Below are positions 57,801 through 64,000 of a stretch of DNA of 64,000 nt, in pieces. The notes beneath the pieces were generated by a model that saw only the letters and a list, made by a program, of their open reading frames with translations, was not told the DNA's origin and ran no database searches. How positions within the stretch are numbered: position 1 is the first letter of the stretch; every line of letters begins with the position of its first letter. Source of the DNA: an uncultured Flavobacteriales bacterium (GTDB taxonomy: Bacteria; Bacteroidota; Bacteroidia; Flavobacteriales_G; Salibacteraceae); the NCBI GenBank assembly GCA_913062955.1, contig CAJXZP010000003.1:45883-109882 (forward strand), written 5' to 3'. The position numbers were made by a program, and so were the translations under genes.

Positions 57801-59432
57801 TTGGATCGATTTACTTGGTTTATGGATAAAGAGGAATTGGAAGTTTCTGCTGCTGGAAAAAAAGTCGTTCGTGGAGCTAATGAGGTTCAGGTCGAGGGGG
57901 CAGAGTTTATTTCCATTAATCCTACGCAGGATTCGTTGAGATTTAATGCGAAGACCGCTCGTTATAGTTTAGCGAAGGTAGAGCTAAACGCTAGGGAAGT
58001 GAAGTTAATTAATGTAGCTGATGCGGAAGTGATTCCAAATAAAGGGTTGGTAACCATTTATAAACATGCAGTAATGGAAGTGTTGGATTCTTCACAAATT
58101 ATTGCAAATACCGAGCTTAGGTATCATACAATTTATAATGCCAGAACGGATATTCAAGGTCGATGGAATTTCAAATCAAGTGGGAATTATGACTACATGG
58201 ATGAAAACGGACTTAAGCAGGTTTTAGAACTTACTTCGGTGGGGGTGGATAGTACCCGACAAACCTATGCTAAGGGTATCATATTAGAGGATGATGACTT
58301 CTCATTAAGTCCAATGTATCGCTTTAGAGGTAAAGTAAATTTGATTGCGAGTAGAAAAAACTTAACGTTTGATGGATACGGGAAATTGGTACATGAATGT
58401 AAGAATATTCCTCCTGCATGGTTTTCCTTTTTAGGAGAGGTGGATCCCAATGAGGTTGTTATTGCTATTGATGAAACTATTATGGATAATGATGGAAAAG
58501 ATTTGTTTGCTTCCGTAATCATGCCGCGTGATTCCAATTTGATGTATGGCGCCTTTATGAATAAAAAGAGAAGCTATAGGGATGTCCCAGTAAGTTTGGC
58601 TACTGGATATCTTGAATTTGACCCTTCTGGGAGAAGATATCGAATTTCGAATCTTCAAAAACTGAATGAACAATCCTATCCCGGTAATTACATCGCAATT
58701 AACACCAAAGACTGCTCCATTGAAGGGGAGGGGAAATTGAATTTTACGCAAGATCTAGGTCGTGTAAAAGTGCAAGCTGTGGGTAACTATACGTACAATA
58801 GCGTTAATAATAAAGCGGTATTTAATACCTCAATGACTGTTGATTTTCTTTTTGATGATGGTTTATTAGCGTTGATTATTGCTGACGCCCAAAAAGCGGA
58901 ATTGGAACCTACAGAAATGAATGCTAATTATGAATTGACATTGCGTGAATTGATGAAAAAAGAAGACGCAGATGAAATGATTAGTAAGATGGGACTTTCT
59001 AAAAATGTGAAAATTCCCGAGGAATTACGGAAAACGATGTTCTTCTCACAACTTAAATTCGTTTGGAACGAAAATACGAGCTCTTATATCTCCCAAGGGA
59101 AAATTGGAGTTGGGAACTTCGGTAAAACACCTGTTAATATGCTCTTTGATGGTGGGGTGGAGTTAGTTCAGAAGCGTGGACAAACAGATATTACTATTTA
59201 CCTTGAAATTTCCCCAAGTAATTACTACGTGTTTGGGTATAGAAGTAAAACAGGTCTGATGAGTGTATATACTACTAATAAAGAATTTATTGTGAAAATG
59301 CGTGAAATAAAATCGGATAAGAAAAGAATTAAACGTGACGGTGAGATTCGTCAATTCTTATTTATGCCGGGACCTAGAAGCTTAAGGACAAAATTCTTAT
59401 TGCGAATGGAGGATGCGAAATCACAGGAATAG
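54894..59432 (+). CDS. Large exported beta-rich hypothetical protein (1512 aa)
   Basis: Signal peptide (SMGQ) and a long open frame abutting prmA; no catalytic motif recognised. Confidence 0.8.
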   Translation: MKNLFLVFGLMFLSFMSMGQKSEGPFSLDAEKFPKDMKAFLEKSNKSQSGGIGKKLDKVWVSGFYSVEDQKRIIKEANQLVKIRMSNFPDLAYFIEMINGYPESGMDKNQFYTWFGILETYSENPKKKKKLSKLLAFSNSFFDSKSLFRTKSKSVDWRVDNYNFKYEVDGNSVILDFENVNLSCHTKGNFAEMQNTTGAFDIFENLWIGEGGKVTFERAASDPEKIWVEVAKYAIQLKYSKYTADSVVYHNPKFLSQPLLGSLTDKVLAKQQSTMVSYPRFQSYNVHIPINNLVKDVDYLGGFAQQGAKIIGTGTLKEPAILSFSREGKPFMKVTAQRFLMKINASVPDSLPIESDNTKTKSVRNSIVSSNARMVMYMDGDSILHPGLKFNFFTDERLVNLVRVRGEMSETPYFNTFHNIEMRFEVLNWFMDNPIIDFTAIEMNTERSASFESQSFFKKRNYENLQGNSSWNPLGRMKRCAIKYDTNVLSLREMSGCMQIPATGVEPMLLRYMVMGYLSYDSDIKEVTLYPKLFHSVNSFSGKEDYDVIKVHSDGRKSKNRKNATLNLMNYDLTIYGVNSVTLSTNHNVKVLPEKGIIVMKKNRDFDFNGIIASGKVDFYGRDFSFNYDNFVLEMPVLDSMQIWATTDEVDKGGYQMEARVRTLVEGLTGDLKIDHPENKSGKKDLPEYPIFRSEQESYAYYDKKTVFNKIYNRDEFYFKLDPFEIDSLDKFTNEGIAFEGVFTSAGILPDIRESLTLQEDFSLGFKRIAPPGGYPLYGDKGSFENEIHLSDEGLKGNGYLYYLTSTAASDDFYFFPKEVRGITKMVEIEEQMAAVEYPNVSADTTELRWVPYIDEYFLSSINGKEPIHMFGGIVEHKGRIKYTPNDMTGRGISAFEGARLYSDSMIYSFYKIHADTANFDLGRKGLETLDFSSENVQADIDFKERKGEFVSNTGASLTTFEQVMYQAYLDRFTWFMDKEELEVSAAGKKVVRGANEVQVEGAEFISINPTQDSLRFNAKTARYSLAKVELNAREVKLINVADAEVIPNKGLVTIYKHAVMEVLDSSQIIANTELRYHTIYNARTDIQGRWNFKSSGNYDYMDENGLKQVLELTSVGVDSTRQTYAKGIILEDDDFSLSPMYRFRGKVNLIASRKNLTFDGYGKLVHECKNIPPAWFSFLGEVDPNEVVIAIDETIMDNDGKDLFASVIMPRDSNLMYGAFMNKKRSYRDVPVSLATGYLEFDPSGRRYRISNLQKLNEQSYPGNYIAINTKDCSIEGEGKLNFTQDLGRVKVQAVGNYTYNSVNNKAVFNTSMTVDFLFDDGLLALIIADAQKAELEPTEMNANYELTLRELMKKEDADEMISKMGLSKNVKIPEELRKTMFFSQLKFVWNENTSSYISQGKIGVGNFGKTPVNMLFDGGVELVQKRGQTDITIYLEISPSNYYVFGYRSKTGLMSVYTTNKEFIVKMREIKSDKKRIKRDGEIRQFLFMPGPRSLRTKFLLRMEDAKSQE

Positions 59433-59508
59433 CGGATTATAACAGGCTCGTAATCAGTGATTGATAAAACTAATGAACAATAAAATGTGAATATCATGTT
59501 TATAACTT

Positions 59509-59538
59509 GTTGATAACTCAAATATTAATCTATATTTG
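59509..59538 (+). promoter_or_regulatory. sigma70 promoter for the PlsY-like gene
   Basis: GTTG, 18-nt spacer, TATATTTG (59531-59538); supports a start at ATG 59546. Confidence 0.45.
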
Positions 59539-59545
59539 GCTACTC

Positions 59546-60139
59546 ATGCAAGTATCAGAATTAATATTGGTAGCCTTTTTAGTATGGCAAATAAGTTCAA
59601 TGCCTCTTCCGGTTTGGATTGCTTCCGCATTTTTTGGAGTCGATTCAGATGATTACAATGAGAAACAGGATTGGGCGGAGAACAAATTTTCGTTTGAAAA
59701 TAACAAGTGGGGTTTAATTGTCTTTGGGAGTGAGTTTCTAAAAGGGTTTGCTGCTATTGTTCTGATTAACTTGGTGAGTAACCAGGAAGTATTGTTGCTA
59801 GGTATGGTTCCGTTTCAATATCTTCTGGCTGCTATAGTTGTATTAGGACATACATTTCCAGTATACAATGAATTCAAAAGAACGCATAGCATGGGAACCT
59901 ATTTTGGGCTGTTTGCTGGTTTGTGGTTGGCACCTGCATTATTGGCGTTAGCCGTTTTTGTAGGGGCTTGGGCATGGGCTAAGAAAGTTTCAATAACTTC
60001 TTTAATATTGTCATTAAGTAGTCTACTTATTGTTACCTTTATTTTTATCGATGTAAATGCATTGGTAATTACTGTCGCTCTTTCTTCTCTATTAATTGGT
60101 GCAAATTTTAAACAAAGATTAGAGGTGGTTCGAGCGTAA
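59546..60139 (+). CDS. PlsY-fold membrane protein with degenerate catalytic motifs
   Basis: Collinear with PlsY scaffold (P..VWI...FFGVD, EFLKG, LGHTFPV, QRL) but lacks GSGNxGATN, GGKGVAT and HxxN. Confidence 0.7.
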   Translation: MQVSELILVAFLVWQISSMPLPVWIASAFFGVDSDDYNEKQDWAENKFSFENNKWGLIVFGSEFLKGFAAIVLINLVSNQEVLLLGMVPFQYLLAAIVVLGHTFPVYNEFKRTHSMGTYFGLFAGLWLAPALLALAVFVGAWAWAKKVSITSLILSLSSLLIVTFIFIDVNALVITVALSSLLIGANFKQRLEVVRA

Positions 60140-60174
60140 GTGCTTTTATTTGTACGAACAAATTGACCATTTTT

Positions 60175-63100
60175 ATGTCTCCAGTTTTTAACGGAAATTT
60201 ACGTCTACTATTAGTGTTGGTTCTGATCTTCATTTCCAGTTTGGGGTTCGCTCAAACCAAGGAGGTGGATGAACTTCAAGAACGAGCAAATATCCTTTTT
60301 GAACAGCGCAATTATCTTGAAGCTAAGGATTTATATTCTCAATTGGTTTCCTTGTATCCGAAAGATGAGAACTACAATTACCGCTTTGGAGCATGCTTGA
60401 TGTATGTGGATGAGGATAAGGCATACCCTATAAAATTCTTAGAATATGCCGTGAGTAAACCAAATGTAGATGTGGATGCATTTTATTTTTTGGGTAAAGG
60501 GTATCACTATAATTACCGTTTTAACGAAGCCATCACTTATTTTAATAAGTACAAGGATAAATTAAGCCATAAAAATAAATCCAAATATCCAGTAGATCAA
60601 GACATCCGATTTTGTGAAAACGGGAAATTACTGTTGCGAAATATTACGACTCCATTGGTCATGAAGCGGACCAAAGTTTCGGCTGCAGATTTTTTCACGT
60701 CCTTCAAAATTCAAGATATGGGAGGGCGTATGTTATATGCACCCAAAGAATTGCACTCTTCTGTCGATAAAAAGAAAGGGTATGTTCCTGTAATGTATAA
60801 AAATGACAATAGTAATATTGTGTATTTCTCTTCTTACGGTGATAACGATAAAAATGGGTTGGATTTATTTCAAGTTTTTGTGGCTAATAACGGAGAGCTT
60901 GGAAAACCCGTTAGATTACCCGAAACCATAAATACTAAATATGATGAGCGTTTTCCATTTTTAACAGAAGATCAAACAAAGTTCTATTTTTCGAGTACCG
61001 GTCATAATAGTATGGGAGGAGCCGATATCTATGTGTCTTCTTTTGATAAGATGACTAAATCTTTTGGTGCTCCGGTGAATTTAGATTATTCCGTAAATAC
61101 TCCCGATGATGACTTTATGTACGCTGAAGTTGGAGATGAAGGTATTGCGTTTTTTGCATCCAATAGAAATTGTGAAAAAGGAAAAGCCTTCGTTTATAAA
61201 ATTAATGCCCAACGTAAACACTATGAAATCGCAGTTTTAGCAGGTTTTTTCATTTCCGATGATACCAAATCATGTAAAATTACGGTAGAGGATTTAGAAG
61301 ATCATATTGTGGTTGGCACTTTTAATACCAATAAAAAATCGGGACAATATGTCATGCGATTAAAAAATGGGGGGAAATATTCCTTTTTGGTGGAACCTTA
61401 CGGTGGGGAAGTAGCTTATAAGGGCAGGGTTGAACTGCCTCATCAAAATGAAATAAAGGTGTTACGACAGGAAATTCTGATTGTTAAAGATGACGCTGGT
61501 GAACGATTAATTATCCGGAATTTATTTGAAGAAGAAAGTGCCCCTGGGGATCAAAAAATTATTGCACAAGTCTTTGCCGAGAATGCGAATATGGAAGAGA
61601 CCAAAGAACCTGAAATTACCATTAGTCCAAAACAAATGGTGACTCAATTGGAAAAAACGAAAGTTATTCAGGAGAAAAAAATGCAGGAATTGGTCGCTCA
61701 AAAAGAAGCCAGTTATCTCCTCGCTAATAGTAAACGGGAATTGGCTCATAAGGACTTAGAATTAGCGGATCAGTTAGAAAAGCAAATTGATTTAATGAAT
61801 AACTCGAACGAAACCAAAAAACAGCAAAAAGAGTTTGCCGAGTTGATTCAAGATGCAAGAGTCCATTCGATAGAAGCAGAGGCAGCATTTGAAATTGGGA
61901 GGAAGTACGAAACACAAATTTCGGAGGCTCAAACACAGTTGAACCAAACCGAAGGATATTTAATGAGAATAAAATCAGCTGTGCACGAAAACTCTTCAGC
62001 TGCAGCGACTGAACTGTATACCAATTTTCAAAACAACAAAGTTGAAATTGGGGTGGACCAAGTGGGGCAAAACGTAGAATCCGATATTGAACGAGAAGAG
62101 GCTAAGATGAACCGCTTTATTGCTAAAGCAGCTACCTTAGAGGAGTTACAGGCAGATTTAAAAAATGATATTTCTACCGCCAAAGCAACAAAGCGAGCTA
62201 CGAAAAAGAAGAAGGAAAAAGAAGCGATTCAATTGACAATTGAGAATTTACAAGAAGAAATAGAACCCTTGGCAGAGGATAAAAAAAGCGCACTTGCTAC
62301 AGCTTCGGAAATTGAATTGACCATTAATGCCCTACGTCATGAAAGAGCTTTATTAAATGAGGTGAAATCTACATCTACGCATCGAAATGAAAATTCAGAA
62401 CGGGTGACCGAGGATCAAAAAGTAGCCATGTTGGCCAGTATTCAAGCTACTTCTCATGAAATTGATGCAATGGAACAAGTTTCTAAAGAAATGGTTTCGT
62501 CTACTTCTTCAGAAACCCAAATGGCTGAAAACGATGATGGTGATGTCCAGGGTGTCACACAGAACGAAGTAAGTACAGAAAATGGGAATATGGAACCTAC
62601 GGGATCCAATTCTGAATTATCTGCTACTGAAGAATTTGCTATTCTGGAAAGTGAAACGGGGTCAGAATTGCCTATTTCCAACGAAGAAAACTTGGAAGAA
62701 GGCGTGGTGGAGGAAGCTGTAAGTTCATCTGAGGAAGAGGTTAATACATTTTTAGAAAATGCGGGTAACGAAAATTTTGAAGCAACCACAGAGTTTACCG
62801 AAGCAGGTAAATCGGAAACGCAAGAGGCTGAAAACAACCTAGAACCTTCGAGTTCTAGTTCCACCGTAAACGCTGGGGGTACGGTTAATATGGGTGCCGA
62901 AAATGGTTCTGTAGCTTTAGTTCCAGGGATTTCGACTTTACTGCCAGATGGTTCAGATGGTTCAGATGGTTCAGAGGGTTCCGATGAGTCCATTAATTCA
63001 AATTCGGAAGAAGTCTTTACGGAGAGTAATAATGAAAATTCATTAGTGAATAATGAACGAAGTGATTTGGAGGGTTCAAACAATTCCATAGATAACGAAA

Positions 63101-64000
63101 ATACCATCAATGGTGAAAGTTCGGAATTAAGTGTAGATTCCAAGACATTAACTGAAACTTCAATTCCCTTAGTTACTAGTGGGGAGTCTAATTCCATTAC
63201 CGAATCAGATGAATCAAATTCTCAAGGTCAACCCGAATCCGAGTATTTTGAGTATACCCAAGAATATGAAGAGCCTGTAACTGAAGTAGTTATGGTGGAG
63301 GGAGAAAGAATTCCTCTAGAGATTACATCCAATACAGGGAAAGTAAAATACAAGGAAGAGGAATTGAAGAATGCGAAAGTGAACTTTAGTAATTCCGCCT
63401 ATAATGAAGGATTTGAAGCCCAATATGCTTCTGTAAAACAAGAAACCAATCAAAGTGAACGTGCCAAAGAGACCCAACGAATTAATTACAATTGGGTCGT
63501 AGCTATTGAAAAGGAAATCGCTGAATTGTCCTATGCAAAGCAGCATTCATCTCATGGAGCTATAACCTCTCGGATTAATGTGAAAATGGAAGAGTTGCAA
63601 GATCAAGCCTCCCAAAAAAGAAATTTCATGGCATTAAATTCCCGCATTATTAAGCAATTAGATGCACAAGAAGAAATGTTGGTCAATGCGAATACCCCTA
63701 GTATTGATGAGCAAACAAGTCCAGAAGAGCTAAATAATCAACTCGTACAAGAGGATGGATTAGATACGGCAAATACCAATACTAGTTCTGAGAGTTTTAC
63801 CAATGAAAATTCCATAAATGAGTTCTTGGAGGAGTCCGTGGCTATTCCGGAAACGAATGGGATGAACATCGAAGAATTAGCAAATGCTTCCGAAGAAGTA
63901 GCGGTTTCAAATGCCAACGAAAGCCCACTTAATTCCAACCCAGAATCTTTTAGTGAAAATAAGGAAGAGGAAAGTACGAATGAAAACGGGACCGAAAATG
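60175..64000 (+). CDS. Giant exported protein, 3'-truncated by window edge: TPR, PD40 propeller repeats, coiled-coil, then acidic low-complexity region
   Basis: Not in the ORF track (no stop in window). Hand translation: MSPVFNGNLRLLLVLVLIFISSLGFAQ signal, AFYFLGKGYHYNYRFNEA TPR, INTKYDERFP..FYFSS.GHNSMGGADIY PD40, then E/S/N-rich sequence; no stop seen over ~1275 codons. Confidence 0.85.
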   Translation, partial: MSPVFNGNLRLLLVLVLIFISSLGFAQTKEVDELQERANILFEQRNYLEAKDLYSQLVSLYPKDENYNYRFGACLMYVDEDKAYPIKFLEYAVSKPNVDVDAFYFLGKGYHYNYRFNEAITYFNKYKDKLSHKNKSKYPVDQDIRFCENGKLLLRNITTPLVMKRTKVSAADFFTSFKIQDMGGRMLYAPKELHSSVDKKKGYVPVMYKNDNSNIVYFSSYGDNDKNGLDLFQVFVANNGELGKPVRLPETINTKYDERFPFLTEDQTKFYFSSTGHNSMGGADIYVSSFDKMTKSFGAPVNLDYSVNTPDDDFMYAEVGDEGIAFFASNRNCEKGKAFVYKINAQRKHYEIAVLAGFFISDDTKSCKITVEDLEDHIVVGTFNTNKKSGQYVMRLKNGGKYSFLVEPYGGEVAYKGRVELPHQNEIKVLRQEILIVKDDAGERLIIRNLFEEESAPGDQKIIAQVFAENANMEETKEPEITISPKQMVTQLEKTKVIQEKKMQELVAQKEASYLLANSKRELAHKDLELADQLEKQIDLMNNSNETKKQQKEFAELIQDARVHSIEAEAAFEIGRKYETQISEAQTQLNQTEGYLMRIKSAVHENSSAAATELYTNFQNNKVEIGVDQVGQNVESDIEREEAKMNRFIAKAATLEELQADLKNDISTAKATKRATKKKKEKEAIQLTIENLQEEIEPLAEDKKSALATASEIELTINALRHERALLNEVKSTSTHRNENSERVTEDQKVAMLASIQATSHEIDAMEQVSKEMVSSTSSETQMAENDDGDVQGVTQNEVSTENGNMEPTGSNSELSATEEFAILESETGSELPISNEENLEEGVVEEAVSSSEEEVNTFLENAGNENFEATTEFTEAGKSETQEAENNLEPSSSSSTVNAGGTVNMGAENGSVALVPGISTLLPDGSDGSDGSEGSDESINSNSEEVFTESNNENSLVNNERSDLEGSNNSIDNENTINGESSELSVDSKTLTETSIPLVTSGESNSITESDESNSQGQPESEYFEYTQEYEEPVTEVVMVEGERIPLEITSNTGKVKYKEEELKNAKVNFSNSAYNEGFEAQYASVKQETNQSERAKETQRINYNWVVAIEKEIAELSYAKQHSSHGAITSRINVKMEELQDQASQKRNFMALNSRIIKQLDAQEEMLVNANTPSIDEQTSPEELNNQLVQEDGLDTANTNTSSESFTNENSINEFLEESVAIPETNGMNIEELANASEEVAVSNANESPLNSNPESFSENKEEESTNENGTEN
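62945..62980 (+). repeat. In-frame 9-bp tandem repeat (CAGATGGTT x3 + CAGAGGGTT) encoding DGS-DGS-DGS-EGS
   Basis: Read directly from the sequence. Confidence 0.85.

Noticed and set aside
62945-62980. 9-bp tandem repeat as a phase-variation switch
   Set aside because: The unit length is a multiple of 3, so slippage would change only linker length, not the frame.
1723-63938. Numerous 60-250-aa ORFs antisense to or overlapping long genes (e.g. 17299-17685, 26087-26674, 45180-45563, 62454-63197)
   Set aside because: Shadow frames of well-supported genes; no independent motifs or expression signals.

Overview
Low-GC chromosomal segment of a Bacteroidota organism, probably Flavobacteriales-like. 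The assignment rests on a PorP/SprF gene, a T9SS C-terminal domain, GldI-like PPIases, TAnnTTTG promoter boxes and A-rich initiation regions. Most of the window is core genome: clpC, gyrA, gcvT, folP, tpiA, prmA, def, ruvX, yaaA, nrnA, a diadenylate cyclase and tRNA-Ser(GCT). An accessory-looking patch (about 0.4-7.8 kb) lies on the 3' side of the tRNA. No CRISPR array, integrase, transposase or rRNA was seen. Main observations: (1) two tandem paralogous microprotein genes (48 and 50 aa) in the yaaA-protease gap, missed by the ORF track, each followed by its own hairpin; (2) a four-repeat OAA-family high-mannose lectin; (3) a PlsY-fold membrane protein with all three catalytic motifs degenerate, flanked by two giant uncharacterised envelope proteins, one absent from the ORF track because it runs off the window; (4) a decaying 176-bp tRNA-linked repeat array; (5) tandem duplicated cytoplasmic hybrid kinases that differ by one PAS module. 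All calls come from motif recognition by eye; no searches were run.
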